A stretch of 64,000 bases of DNA, from the NCBI RefSeq assembly GCF_003334765.1, contig NZ_QOWT01000007.1. One strand, 5' to 3'. The notes below the pieces were generated by a model that saw nothing but the letters and a program-made list of their open reading frames with translations, was not told the DNA's origin and searched no databases. How positions within the stretch are numbered: position 1 is the first letter of the stretch; every line of letters starts with the position of its first letter. Source of the DNA: Escherichia coli (GTDB taxonomy: Bacteria > Pseudomonadota > Gammaproteobacteria > Enterobacterales > Enterobacteriaceae). Shown piece after piece: positions 24,592 to 35,945 of the stretch. The translations under genes and the position numbers were made by a program.

Positions 24592-24620
24592 TTGCGCGTT
24601 CTGCGCGGAACACGTATACT
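24592..24620 (+). promoter_or_regulatory. Candidate sigma-70 promoter of IstR-1
   Basis: TTGCGC (24592-97), 17-bp spacer, TATACT (24615-20), placing the start near 24627. Confidence 0.4.
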
Positions 24621-24626
24621 TTCAGT

Positions 24627-24701
24627 GTTGACATAATACAGTGTGCTTTGCGGTTACCAGCCGCAGGCGACTGACGAAACCTCGCTCCGGCGGGGTTTTT
24701 T
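24627..24701 (+). ncRNA. istR: IstR-1 antitoxin sRNA (about 75 nt)
   Basis: Starts GTTGACATAATACAGTGTGCT, a 20/21 direct-repeat copy of 24369-24389 in the tisAB leader (so antisense to the divergent transcript); ends in hairpin CCTCGCTCCGGCGGGG plus TTTTTT. Confidence 0.55.
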
Positions 24702-24830
24702 GTTATCTGCAATTCAGTACAAAACGTGATCAACCCCTCAATTTTCCCTTGCTGAAAAATTTTCCATTGTCTCCCCTGTAAAGCTGTGCTTGTATAAATA
24801 TTGTTAAACACAAAACCAACAAGGTCCCCA

Positions 24831-24929
24831 ATGACTACTTCCATGCTCAACGCAAAACTACTACCAACTGCGCCATCCGCCGCAGTGGTCGTCGTGCGTG
24901 TGGTGGTGGTCGTCGGCAATGCGCCGTAG
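24831..24929 (+). CDS. ivbL: ilvB operon leader peptide
   Basis: MTTSMLNAKLLPTAPSAAVVVVRVVVVVGNAP, a 32-aa Val/Leu-rich leader, 100 bp upstream of ilvB. Confidence 0.9.
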   Translation: MTTSMLNAKLLPTAPSAAVVVVRVVVVVGNAP

Positions 24930-24952
24930 GGACTGGAACAACACACGATTCC

Positions 24953-24987
24953 AAAACCCCGCCGGCGCAAACCGGGCGGGGTTTTTC
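24953..24987 (+). terminator. ilvBN attenuator terminator
   Basis: AAAACCCCGCCGGCGCAAACCGGGCGGGGTTTTTCG, hairpin plus T-run immediately after ivbL. Confidence 0.7.
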
Positions 24988-25034
24988 GTTTAAGCACCTC
25001 CCGGAAAGTCGGCCCAGAAGAAAAGGACTGGAGC

Positions 25035-26723
25035 ATGGCAAGTTCGGGCACAACATCGACGCGTAAGCGCTTTACCGGCGCAGAATTTATCGTTCATTTC
25101 CTGGAACAGCAGGGCATTAAGATTGTGACAGGCATTCCGGGCGGTTCTATCCTGCCTGTTTACGATGCCTTAAGCCAAAGCACGCAAATCCGCCATATTC
25201 TGGCCCGTCATGAACAGGGCGCGGGCTTTATCGCTCAGGGAATGGCGCGCACCGACGGTAAACCGGCGGTCTGTATGGCCTGTAGCGGACCGGGTGCGAC
25301 TAACCTGGTGACCGCCATTGCCGATGCGCGGCTGGACTCCATCCCGCTGATTTGCATCACTGGTCAGGTTCCCGCCTCGATGATCGGCACCGACGCCTTC
25401 CAGGAAGTGGACACCTACGGCATCTCTATCCCCATCACCAAACACAACTATCTGGTCAGACATATCGAAGAACTCCCGCAGGTCATGAGCGATGCCTTCC
25501 GCATTGCGCAATCAGGCCGCCCAGGCCCGGTGTGGATAGACATTCCTAAGGATGTGCAAACGGCAGTTTTTGAGATTGAAACACAGCCCGCTATGGCAGA
25601 AAAAGCCGCCGCCCCCGCCTTTAGCGAAGAAAGCATTCGTGACGCAGCGGCGATGATTAACGCTGCCAAACGCCCGGTGCTTTATCTGGGCGGCGGTGTG
25701 ATCAATGCGCCCGCACGGGTGCGTGAACTGGCGGAGAAAGCGCAACTGCCTACCACCATGACTTTAATGGCGCTGGGCATGTTGCCAAAAGCGCATCCGT
25801 TGTCGCTGGGTATGCTGGGGATGCACGGCGTGCGCAGCACCAACTATATTTTGCAGGAGGCGGATTTGTTGATAGTGCTCGGTGCGCGTTTTGATGACCG
25901 GGCGATTGGCAAAACCGAGCAGTTCTGTCCGAATGCCAAAATCATTCATGTCGATATCGACCGTGCAGAGCTGGGTAAAATCAAGCAGCCGCACGTGGCG
26001 ATTCAGGCGGATGTTGATGACGTGCTGGCGCAGTTGATCCCGCTGGTGGAAGCGCAACCGCGTGCAGAGTGGCACCAGTTGGTAGCGGATTTGCAGCGTG
26101 AGTTTCCGTGTCCAATCCCGAAAGCGTGCGATCCGTTAAGCCATTACGGCCTGATCAACGCCGTTGCCGCCTGTGTCGATGACAATGCAATTATCACCAC
26201 CGACGTTGGTCAGCATCAGATGTGGACCGCGCAAGCTTATCCGCTCAATCGCCCACGCCAGTGGCTGACCTCCGGTGGGCTGGGCACGATGGGTTTTGGC
26301 CTGCCTGCGGCGATTGGCGCTGCGCTGGCGAACCCGGATCGCAAAGTGTTGTGTTTCTCCGGCGACGGCAGCCTGATGATGAATATTCAGGAGATGGCGA
26401 CCGCCAGTGAAAATCAGCTGGATGTCAAAATCATTCTGATGAACAACGAAGCGCTGGGGCTGGTGCATCAGCAACAGAGTCTGTTCTACGAGCAAGGCGT
26501 TTTTGCCGCCACCTATCCGGGCAAAATCAACTTTATGCAGATTGCCGCCGGATTCGGCCTCGAAACCTGTGATTTGAATAACGAAGCCGATCCGCAGGCT
26601 TCATTGCAGGAAATCATCAATCGCCCTGGCCCGGCGCTGATCCATGTGCGCATTGATGCCGAAGAAAAAGTTTACCCGATGGTGCCGCCAGGTGCGGCGA
26701 ATACTGAAATGGTGGGGGAATAA
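25035..26723 (+). CDS. ilvB: Acetolactate synthase I, large (catalytic) subunit
   Basis: 562-aa ThDP-dependent enzyme; sequence recognised as IlvB. Confidence 0.95.
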   Translation: MASSGTTSTRKRFTGAEFIVHFLEQQGIKIVTGIPGGSILPVYDALSQSTQIRHILARHEQGAGFIAQGMARTDGKPAVCMACSGPGATNLVTAIADARLDSIPLICITGQVPASMIGTDAFQEVDTYGISIPITKHNYLVRHIEELPQVMSDAFRIAQSGRPGPVWIDIPKDVQTAVFEIETQPAMAEKAAAPAFSEESIRDAAAMINAAKRPVLYLGGGVINAPARVRELAEKAQLPTTMTLMALGMLPKAHPLSLGMLGMHGVRSTNYILQEADLLIVLGARFDDRAIGKTEQFCPNAKIIHVDIDRAELGKIKQPHVAIQADVDDVLAQLIPLVEAQPRAEWHQLVADLQREFPCPIPKACDPLSHYGLINAVAACVDDNAIITTDVGQHQMWTAQAYPLNRPRQWLTSGGLGTMGFGLPAAIGAALANPDRKVLCFSGDGSLMMNIQEMATASENQLDVKIILMNNEALGLVHQQQSLFYEQGVFAATYPGKINFMQIAAGFGLETCDLNNEADPQASLQEIINRPGPALIHVRIDAEEKVYPMVPPGAANTEMVGE

Positions 26724-26726
26724 GCC

Positions 26727-27017
26727 ATGCAAAACACAACTCATGACAACGTAATTCTGGAGCTCACCGTTCGCAACCATCCGGGCGTAATGACCCACGT
26801 TTGTGGCCTTTTTGCCCGCCGCGCTTTTAACGTTGAAGGCATTCTTTGTCTGCCGATTCAGGACAGCGACAAAAGCCATATCTGGCTACTGGTCAATGAC
26901 GACCAGCGTCTGGAGCAGATGATAAGCCAAATCGATAAGCTGGAAGATGTCGTGAAAGTGCAGCGTAATCAGTCCGATCCGACGATGTTTAACAAGATCG
27001 CGGTGTTTTTTCAGTAA
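26727..27017 (+). CDS. ilvN: Acetolactate synthase I, small (regulatory) subunit
   Basis: 96 aa with an ACT domain, directly after ilvB. Confidence 0.95.
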
Positions 27018-27092
27018 CCGCTCAAGGCTTGAACAACATCGCGCTTATCGTTAAGGTAAGCGCGTATTTTTTTTACCCGCCAGGACAAGACC

Positions 27093-27683
27093 ATGATCAC
27101 CGTTGCCCTTATAGACGATCACCTCATCGTCCGCTCCGGCTTTGCGCAGCTGCTGGGGCTGGAACCTGATTTGCAGGTAGTTGCCGAGTTTGGTTCGGGG
27201 CGCGAGGCGCTGGCGGGGCTGCCGGGGCGCGGTGTGCAGGTGTGTATTTGCGATATCTCCATGCCCGATATCTCCGGTCTGGAGCTGCTAAGCCAGCTGC
27301 CGAAAGGTATGGCGACGATTATGCTCTCCGTTCACGACAGTCCTGCGCTGGTTGAGCAGGCGCTTAACGCGGGGGCACGCGGCTTTCTTTCCAAACGCTG
27401 TAGCCCGGATGAACTCATTGCTGCGGTGCATACGGTTGCCACGGGCGGCTGTTATCTGACGCCGGATATTGCCATTAAACTGGCATCCGGTCGTCAGGAC
27501 CCGCTAACCAAACGTGAACGCCAGGTGGCGGAAAAACTGGCGCAAGGAATGGCGGTGAAAGAGATTGCCGCCGAACTGGGCTTGTCACCGAAAACGGTAC
27601 ACGTCCATCGCGCCAATCTGATGGAAAAACTGGGCGTCAGTAACGACGTAGAGCTGGCGCGCCGCATGTTTGATGGCTGGTGA
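27093..27683 (+). CDS. uhpA: Response regulator UhpA (NarL/FixJ family)
   Basis: 196 aa with receiver domain and C-terminal LuxR-type HTH. Confidence 0.95.
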
Positions 27684-29185
27684 TGAAGACGTTGTTCTCC
27701 CGCTTAATTACCGTTATTGCCTGCTTTTTTATCTTCTCTGCCGCATGGTTTTGCCTGTGGAGTATCAGCCTGCATCTGGTTGAGCGCCCTGATATGGCGG
27801 TGCTGTTATTTCCGTTTGGTCTGCGTCTGGGGCTAATGCTGCAATGCCCGCGCGGATACTGGCCCGTATTGCTGGGCGCGGAGTGGCTGCTGATTTACTG
27901 GCTAACGCAGGCGGTCGGTTTAACCCATTTTCCGTTATTGATGATCGGTAGTTTACTGACGTTACTGCCCGTAGCGCTGATCTCGCGCTATCGCCATCAG
28001 CGTGACTGGCGCACCTTGCTGTTACAGGGGGCGGCGTTAACGGCGGCGGCGTTGTTGCAGTCGCTGCCCTGGCTTTGGCACGGCAAAGAGTCGTGGAATG
28101 CGCTGTTGCTGACTTTAACTGGCGGCCTGACGCTGGCCCCGATATGTCTGGTGTTCTGGCACTATCTCGCCAATAACACCTGGCTGCCGCTCGGTCCGTC
28201 ACTGGTTTCTCAGCCAATCAACTGGCGCGGGCGACATCTGGTCTGGTACTTGCTGCTGTTTGTTATCAGTCTCTGGCTCCAGTTGGGATTGCCGGACGAA
28301 CTGTCGCGCTTTACGCCATTCTGTCTGGCGCTGCCGATTATCGCGCTGGCCTGGCACTATGGTTGGCAAGGGGCGCTGATTGCGACGTTGATGAACGCCA
28401 TCGCGCTGATCGCCAGTCAAACCTGGCGCGATCATCCGGTGGATTTATTGCTCTCGCTGCTGGTGCAAAGTCTGACAGGGTTGTTGCTTGGCGCTGGCAT
28501 CCAGCGGTTGCGTGAACTTAACCAGTCGCTGCAAAAGGAACTGGCGCGCAATCAGCATCTGGCTGAACGGTTGCTGGAAACCGAAGAGAGCGTGCGCCGT
28601 GATGTGGCGCGTGAGCTGCATGATGATATCGGTCAGACCATCACTGCTATTCGTACTCAGGCGGGCATTGTTCAGCGGCTGGCGGCAGATAACGCCAGCG
28701 TGAAGCAGAGCGGGCAGCTCATCGAACAACTATCGCTGGGCGTTTACGACGCGGTGCGCCGTTTGTTGGGTCGGTTACGTCCGCGCCAGTTGGATGATCT
28801 CACCCTGGAGCAGGCCATCCGCTCACTGATGCGGGAAATGGAGCTGGAAGGGCGCGGTATTGTCAGCCATCTCGAATGGCGAATCGATGAATCAGCGTTA
28901 AGCGAAAACCAGCGCGTGACGCTGTTTCGTGTCTGCCAGGAAGGGCTGAACAACATTGTGAAACATGCTGATGCCAGCGCGGTCACCCTGCAAGGCTGGC
29001 AGCAGGATGAACGGTTGATGCTGGTTATTGAAGACGATGGCAGCGGTTTGCCGCCGGGTTCCGGGCAACAAGGTTTTGGCCTCACCGGAATGCGCGAGCG
29101 CGTAACGGCGCTGGGTGGCACATTACACATTTCCTGTCTGCACGGCACGCGTGTCAGCGTTTCTCTACCTCAACGCTATGTCTAA
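27683..29185 (+). CDS. uhpB: Sensor histidine kinase UhpB
   Basis: 500 aa from the ATG at 27683, overlapping the uhpA stop TGA (TGATG); N-terminal TM segments, H-box ELHDDIGQ, HATPase_c domain. Confidence 0.9.
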
Positions 29186-29194
29186 GGTTTGATG

Positions 29195-30514
29195 ATGTTG
29201 CCGTTTCTGAAAGCGCCTGCCGATGCGCCATTAATGACTGATAAATATGAAATTGATGCCCGCTATCGCTACTGGCGTCGGCATATTCTGCTGACCATCT
29301 GGCTGGGTTACGCGCTGTTTTACTTCACGCGGAAAAGTTTTAACGCCGCCGTACCAGAAATCCTTGCTAACGGCGTGCTCAGCCGTAGCGATATCGGCCT
29401 GTTAGCGACCCTGTTTTACATTACCTATGGCGTGTCGAAGTTTGTCTCCGGCATTGTCAGCGATCGCTCAAATGCCCGTTATTTTATGGGGATAGGGCTT
29501 ATCGCCACGGGCATTATCAACATTCTGTTTGGCTTCTCGACGTCGCTATGGGCGTTTGCCGTGCTCTGGGTGCTGAACGCCTTTTTCCAGGGCTGGGGTT
29601 CACCGGTGTGTGCGCGTCTGTTAACGGCCTGGTATTCACGTACCGAGCGCGGCGGTTGGTGGGCATTATGGAACACGGCGCATAACGTCGGCGGCGCACT
29701 CATTCCCATTGTGATGGCAGCGGCTGCGCTGCATTACGGCTGGCGTGCCGGGATGATGATTGCTGGTTGTATGGCGATAGTCGTGGGGATTTTTCTCTGC
29801 TGGCGGCTACGCGATCGCCCGCAGGCGTTAGGTTTACCGGCGGTCGGTGAATGGCGACACGACGCGCTGGAAATTGCTCAACAACAAGAAGGGGCAGGGT
29901 TGACGCGTAAAGAGATCCTCACCAAATATGTGTTGCTGAATCCGTATATCTGGCTGCTTTCGTTTTGCTATGTGCTGGTCTATGTGGTCCGGGCGGCGAT
30001 CAACGACTGGGGCAATTTGTATATGTCCGAGACACTGGGCGTCGATCTGGTCACGGCGAATACGGCAGTGACGATGTTTGAACTGGGCGGATTTATCGGT
30101 GCGCTGGTAGCCGGTTGGGGCTCGGACAAATTGTTTAACGGCAACCGAGGGCCGATGAATTTGATTTTCGCCGCCGGAATTTTGCTTTCAGTCGGCTCCC
30201 TGTGGCTGATGCCATTTGCCAGCTACGTGATGCAGGCAACCTGCTTCTTCACCATTGGTTTTTTTGTCTTTGGCCCACAGATGTTAATCGGTATGGCGGC
30301 GGCAGAGTGTTCCCACAAAGAGGCGGCAGGGGCGGCGACGGGGTTTGTCGGCTTGTTTGCTTATCTGGGGGCGTCGCTTGCTGGTTGGCCGCTGGCGAAA
30401 GTACTCGATACCTGGCACTGGAGCGGATTTTTTGTGGTTATCTCTATCGCCGCCGGGATTTCCGCACTGCTGTTACTGCCCTTTTTGAACGCCCAGACAC
30501 CGCGCGAAGCGTGA
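29195..30514 (+). CDS. uhpC: Membrane glucose-6-phosphate sensor UhpC (MFS, UhpT paralog)
   Basis: 439 aa from MLPFLKAPADAP; two in-frame starts upstream (TTG, ATG). Confidence 0.9.
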   Translation: MLPFLKAPADAPLMTDKYEIDARYRYWRRHILLTIWLGYALFYFTRKSFNAAVPEILANGVLSRSDIGLLATLFYITYGVSKFVSGIVSDRSNARYFMGIGLIATGIINILFGFSTSLWAFAVLWVLNAFFQGWGSPVCARLLTAWYSRTERGGWWALWNTAHNVGGALIPIVMAAAALHYGWRAGMMIAGCMAIVVGIFLCWRLRDRPQALGLPAVGEWRHDALEIAQQQEGAGLTRKEILTKYVLLNPYIWLLSFCYVLVYVVRAAINDWGNLYMSETLGVDLVTANTAVTMFELGGFIGALVAGWGSDKLFNGNRGPMNLIFAAGILLSVGSLWLMPFASYVMQATCFFTIGFFVFGPQMLIGMAAAECSHKEAAGAATGFVGLFAYLGASLAGWPLAKVLDTWHWSGFFVVISIAAGISALLLLPFLNAQTPREA

Positions 30515-30541
30515 TGCATCTCACCTTTTCACTTCATATCC

Positions 30542-30572
30542 GGCAAAACTAAGAAATTTTCCAGGTTTTGCC
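30542..30572. promoter_or_regulatory. UhpA binding site in the uhpT promoter
   Basis: Inverted repeat GGCAAAAC-N15-GTTTTGCC centred about 64 bp upstream of the predicted start (-10 TACAAT at 30609-30614). Confidence 0.55.
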
Positions 30573-30651
30573 TGGACGCTATCTCAGGCCTGATTTGCTG
30601 CTGATTTTTACAATGCATGCCTCACGCAGGTATTCATTTCAGGAGTAACCC

Positions 30652-32043
30652 ATGCTGGCTTTCTTAAACCAGGTTCGCAAGCCGACCCTGGACCTTCCGC
30701 TCGAAGTGCGGCGCAAAATGTGGTTCAAACCGTTCATGCAATCCTACCTGGTGGTCTTTATCGGCTACCTGACGATGTACCTGATTCGCAAGAACTTTAA
30801 CATCGCGCAGAACGATATGATTTCGACCTACGGGTTGAGCATGACGCAGCTGGGGATGATCGGCCTGGGTTTCTCCATCACTTATGGCGTGGGTAAAACG
30901 CTGGTTTCCTACTACGCCGACGGCAAAAACACCAAACAATTCCTGCCGTTCATGCTGATCCTCTCTGCTATTTGTATGCTGGGCTTCAGTGCCAGTATGG
31001 GCAGCGGCTCGGTTAGCCTGTTCCTGATGATTGCCTTCTACGCCTTAAGCGGCTTTTTCCAGAGTACCGGCGGTTCGTGCAGTTACTCCACCATCACCAA
31101 ATGGACGCCGCGTCGTAAACGCGGGACATTCCTCGGTTTCTGGAATATTTCTCACAACCTTGGCGGTGCAGGCGCAGCAGGTGTGGCGCTGTTCGGGGCA
31201 AATTACCTGTTCGATGGCCATGTCATCGGCATGTTTATCTTCCCGTCGATTATCGCGCTGATTGTCGGTTTTATCGGCCTGCGTTACGGCAGCGACTCCC
31301 CGGAATCTTATGGCCTCGGCAAAGCTGAAGAACTGTTCGGCGAGGAGATCAGCGAAGAGGACAAAGAGACAGAATCTACCGATATGACCAAGTGGCAGAT
31401 CTTTGTTGAGTATGTGCTGAAAAACAAAGTGATCTGGCTGCTGTGCTTCGCCAACATTTTCCTCTATGTGGTACGTATTGGTATCGACCAGTGGTCAACC
31501 GTATACGCGTTCCAGGAACTGAAACTCTCTAAAGCGGTGGCGATTCAGGGCTTTACGCTGTTTGAAGCTGGTGCGCTGGTCGGTACGCTGCTGTGGGGCT
31601 GGCTCTCTGACCTGGCGAACGGTCGCCGTGGCCTGGTGGCCTGCATCGCGCTGGCGCTGATTATCGCCACGCTCGGTGTGTATCAACATGCCAGTAACGA
31701 ATATATCTATCTGGCTTCTCTCTTTGCGTTGGGTTTCCTGGTCTTTGGCCCGCAATTGTTGATTGGTGTGGCTGCTGTTGGCTTTGTACCTAAAAAAGCG
31801 ATTGGCGCTGCCGATGGTATTAAAGGCACCTTTGCTTACCTGATTGGTGACAGCTTTGCCAAGTTAGGTCTGGGAATGATTGCCGATGGGACGCCGGTAT
31901 TCGGCCTTACCGGCTGGGCAGGCACCTTCGCCGCGCTGGATATCGCCGCGATTGGTTGTATCTGCCTGATGGCGATAGTGGCGGTAATGGAAGAACGCAA
32001 AATCCGCCGCGAGAAAAAAATTCAGCAGTTGACAGTGGCATAA
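30652..32043 (+). CDS. uhpT: Hexose-6-phosphate:phosphate antiporter UhpT
   Basis: 463-aa MFS protein; sequence recognised as UhpT. Confidence 0.95.
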
Positions 32044-32061
32044 ACGTAACTGGTGACTTTT

Positions 32062-32087
32062 GCCCGGCATGACGCCGGGCTTTTTTT
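32062..32087. terminator. Hairpin terminator between convergent uhpT and ade
   Basis: GCCCGGCATGACGCCGGGC followed by TTTTTTT. Confidence 0.65.
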
Positions 32088-32088
32088 A

Positions 32089-33855
32089 TTATTCCGTGAC
32101 TTCCAGCGTAGTGAAGGCAAACTTCTCGCCATCAAATAGCCCCTGACTGGTTAGTTTTAGCGCGGGGATCACTGGCAGAGAAAGAAACGCCATCTGAATA
32201 AACGGCTCATCGGGTAACGGACCGCATTCACGGGCGGCGGCTTTCAAGGCGTCAATTTGTTCCGCCAGCGACTGCGCCGTGTCGGTGCTCATCAGCCCGG
32301 CAATGGGTAACGGCAGATGACTTTGTACCTGGCCGTTACGTACCACGCACAGCCCGCCGCCATCCTGAATCACCTGATTGACCGCCAGCGCCATCTCTTC
32401 GGCACTGCGACCGATCACCACAATATTATGGCTGTCATGGCTGACCGTCGCAGCCAGCGCACCTTCATTCAGTCCAAAGCCGCCAAGCAAACCACAAGCC
32501 GGAGCCAGCCGTTGCCCGTAACGCTCAAGTACGGCAATAAAGCTCACATCATCGCGATCAAAACCATTTTCGCTGTAGACGCTGGAGTGGGAGTGCGTAA
32601 TCAATTCGTTATGGATGACGTCAATGACCCGATAGCGTTTTCCGGGCGTAAATTGCAGGGCAAAGTCGCTGGCGGAAACTGGCTGGCGGGCAATGGTGTT
32701 GCCATATGGCGGAGCGGATTGTGCCAGTCTCGCCGACTCTTCCGCCTGTAAGGTTTGCGCATCAATCGGCTCGCCTTTCACCAGTACCTGCTGCACCGTG
32801 ACCTTACGCGCATCGCTCAACAGGACGATATCGGCCTGCTTGCCGGGTGCCAGTAAGCCGAGGTGATTCAGACCAAAGTGGCGCGCCGTCGACCAGCTGG
32901 CGACGCGATATGCCACATGCAGCGGCACATTGTGTTGTTCGATCAGGCGGCGAATTAAGGCATCGATGTGTCCTTCATGGGCGATCTCCCACGGGTTACG
33001 GTCATCGGTACAGAGCATGCATTGCGGGCTGTTAAATTCGTTGATCAACGGTGCCAGCGCGTTGAGATTGCGGGCAGCGGACCCTTCGCGGATCATCAAC
33101 GACATGCCGAGTTGTAATTTCCGGCGTCCTTCTTCCAGCTGATAACTTTCGTGGCAGTTTTCAATACCCGCAGTAATATAGGCGTTAAGTTCTTTACCAC
33201 CCAAACCCGGGCAGTGACCGTCCAGCGTCAGGTGGCGAAATGCATCCAGTTTATCGAGCAGCGCATTCTGCCCGCTAATTACGCCAGGGTAGTCCATCAT
33301 TTCTGCAAGGCCGGTAACCTGCGGATGGTCCCGCCAGGCGAGCATCTGTTCAAGGGTAAAACTGGCACCGTTAACATCGCAGCCTTCCAGGGCGGGTACG
33401 CAAGAGCTGACCTGTAAGTACTGGTTTTGCCTTGCCTGTTCGGCACAGCGGGCAAACCAGGCGAATCCGGCTTCGCCCATCACGTTGACGATTTCATGAG
33501 GGTCGCAAATAACGGTCGTCAGGCCGCGCGGCAGGGTAGCGGTTTCAAAAGTGACCGGCGTCATCATGCTGGATTCAATATGCAGGTGAGCATCAATAAA
33601 CCCTGGCACCGCCGTTGCGCCGCGAGCATCAATCCGCTGCAAAGCCGGAGCATCAGTGTATTCTGCGCCAACACCGGCAATGTAACGTCCTTTAATCACA
33701 ATTGGGCCGGAAATTTCTCCGCCATTGATCAGGTCGAGAATAGAGACATTATCAATAATATAATCGGCAACAGCGTCGCCACGGGAAACGGCTAACAATT
33801 CCTGGTATTCAGCCCGGCTAATGTGATGAAATTTATGGTTAATAGAATTATTCAT
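32089..33855 (-). CDS. ade: Adenine deaminase
   Basis: 588-aa amidohydrolase-family ORF recognised as Ade (YicP). Confidence 0.9.
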
Positions 33856-34029
33856 ATTTTTCTCATTTTGATTTTATCAATTTGATTATTATTTATCATA
33901 AAGAAACGTCGCGAGATTATTAAAGAATATCCATTAATGTGCAATTGAAATGTGATAATTATCACTGAACCGTTGTTGTCATTTGTTTTACAAAAGCAAG
34001 GGATTAAATCTCCTCCAATGGACAAAAAA

Positions 34030-35364
34030 ATGAATAATGACAATACCGATTACGTGAGTAATGAATCAGGGACGCTTTCGCGATTATTTAAACTACCTCA
34101 GCATGGGACCACCGTCCGCACAGAATTGATTGCGGGGATGACCACTTTTTTAACCATGGTGTACATCGTTTTTGTGAACCCGCAAATCCTCGGCGCGGCA
34201 CAAATGGACCCGAAAGTGGTGTTTGTTACCACCTGTTTGATTGCCGGTATCGGCAGTATTGCGATGGGGATATTTGCTAACTTACCCGTGGCGCTGGCTC
34301 CGGCAATGGGGCTGAACGCCTTCTTTGCCTTCGTGGTCGTGGGGGCGATGGGCATCTCCTGGCAGACCGGGATGGGCGCAATATTCTGGGGCGCAGTTGG
34401 ACTATTTTTGCTCACGCTGTTTCGTATCCGGTACTGGATGATCTCCAACATTCCCTTAAGTTTACGTATTGGTATCACCAGCGGAATTGGATTATTTATC
34501 GCCTTAATGGGATTAAAAAATACTGGCGTTATTGTCGCCAATAAAGACACGCTGGTGATGATTGGCGATTTAAGTTCTCACGGCGTGTTGTTAGGTATTT
34601 TAGGGTTTTTTATTATAACCGTGTTGTCATCACGTCATTTTCATGCCGCGGTGCTGGTTTCTATTGTGGTGACGTCTTGCTGTGGATTATTTTTCGGTGA
34701 TGTTCATTTTAGCGGCGTCTATTCCATTCCGCCTGATATTAGCGGCGTCATTGGTGAAGTAGATTTGAGCGGCGCGTTAACACTTGAACTCGCCGGTATC
34801 ATTTTCTCCTTTATGCTGATCAACCTATTTGATTCATCAGGAACATTAATTGGTGTAACTGATAAAGCGGGCTTAATAGATGGTAACGGTAAATTCCCCA
34901 ATATGAATAAGGCGCTGTATGTTGATAGCGTCAGTTCGGTGGCGGGTGCGTTTATCGGCACCTCGTCTGTTACTGCCTATATTGAAAGTACTTCTGGTGT
35001 GGCAGTCGGTGGCCGCACGGGGCTGACTGCGGTTGTGGTTGGCGTTATGTTCCTGTTGGTTATGTTCTTCTCACCGCTGGTGGCGATAGTTCCTCCTTAC
35101 GCAACCGCCGGAGCGTTAATCTTTGTTGGCGTGCTGATGACTTCGAGCCTGGCGCGCGTTAACTGGGATGATTTTACCGAATCGGTGCCTGCGTTTATTA
35201 CCACGGTGATGATGCCCTTTACTTTCTCGATCACCGAAGGGATTGCACTCGGCTTTATGTCGTACTGCATCATGAAAGTATGCACCGGGCGCTGGCGCGA
35301 TCTGAACCTGTGTGTGGTGGTGGTCGCAGCTCTGTTTGCACTGAAGATTATTCTGGTGGATTAG
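34030..35364 (+). CDS. adeQ: Adenine permease (NCS2/AzgA family), YicO/AdeQ
   Basis: 444 aa from MNNDNTDYVSNESGTLSRLFKLPQHGTTVRTE; divergent from ade. Confidence 0.85.
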   Translation: MNNDNTDYVSNESGTLSRLFKLPQHGTTVRTELIAGMTTFLTMVYIVFVNPQILGAAQMDPKVVFVTTCLIAGIGSIAMGIFANLPVALAPAMGLNAFFAFVVVGAMGISWQTGMGAIFWGAVGLFLLTLFRIRYWMISNIPLSLRIGITSGIGLFIALMGLKNTGVIVANKDTLVMIGDLSSHGVLLGILGFFIITVLSSRHFHAAVLVSIVVTSCCGLFFGDVHFSGVYSIPPDISGVIGEVDLSGALTLELAGIIFSFMLINLFDSSGTLIGVTDKAGLIDGNGKFPNMNKALYVDSVSSVAGAFIGTSSVTAYIESTSGVAVGGRTGLTAVVVGVMFLLVMFFSPLVAIVPPYATAGALIFVGVLMTSSLARVNWDDFTESVPAFITTVMMPFTFSITEGIALGFMSYCIMKVCTGRWRDLNLCVVVVAALFALKIILVD

Positions 35365-35416
35365 TAACTGGCGAGGGTTTCCAGATATCATGAGTTCTGA
35401 TTACGCAGGAGAACTC

Positions 35417-35869
35417 ATGATCTGGATAATGCTCGCCACGCTGGCGGTAGTGTTTGTGGTTGGTTTTCGGGTGCTGACATCCGGGGCCAGAAAAGCGATT
35501 CGCCGTCTCAGCGATCGGCTGAACATCGATGTCGTACCCGTGGAGTCGATGGTCGATCAAATGGGAAAGTCAGCTGGTGACGAATTTTTACGTTATTTGC
35601 ATCGTCCGGATGAGTCGCACCTGCAAAACGCCGCGCAGGTGTTGCTCATCTGGCAAATTGTCATTGTCGATGGTAGCGAACAGAACCTGCTGCAATGGCA
35701 TCGGATTTTACAAAAAGCTCGCCTCGCCGCGCCGATTACCGACGCTCAGGTCAGGCTGGCGCTAGGTTTTCTGCGCGAAACCGAACCTGAAATGCAGGAT
35801 ATTAATGCTTTTCAGATGCGCTATAACGCGTTCTTTCAGCCTGCCGAGGGCGTTCACTGGTTGCATTGA
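35417..35869 (+). CDS. yicN: Uncharacterized protein YicN (DUF1198)
   Basis: 150 aa from the ATG at 35417, preceded by SD AGGAGA; N-terminal TM helix. Confidence 0.75.
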   Translation: MIWIMLATLAVVFVVGFRVLTSGARKAIRRLSDRLNIDVVPVESMVDQMGKSAGDEFLRYLHRPDESHLQNAAQVLLIWQIVIVDGSEQNLLQWHRILQKARLAAPITDAQVRLALGFLRETEPEMQDINAFQMRYNAFFQPAEGVHWLH

Positions 35870-35877
35870 AACCGTTT

Positions 35878-35945
35878 CGTCTTATCAGCCTACAGACCGC
35901 GCCTGACCTGTCGGGTGGATAAGACGTTCACGCCGCATCCGGTAA
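35878..35945. repeat. REP element
   Basis: CTTATCAGCCTACAGACC ... GGATAAGACGTTCACGCCGCATCCGG, imperfect REP-type palindromes. Confidence 0.45.

Noticed and set aside
24901-24920. GTGGTGGTGGTCGTCGG run as a simple-sequence repeat
   Set aside because: It is the Val codon run of the ivbL leader peptide, which is its regulatory function.
24554-25051. 165-aa minus-strand ORF covering the ivbL / ilvB leader region
   Set aside because: Antisense to the ivbL leader peptide and attenuator; its TTTTRTTTT run is the mirror of the Val codon run; no RBS.
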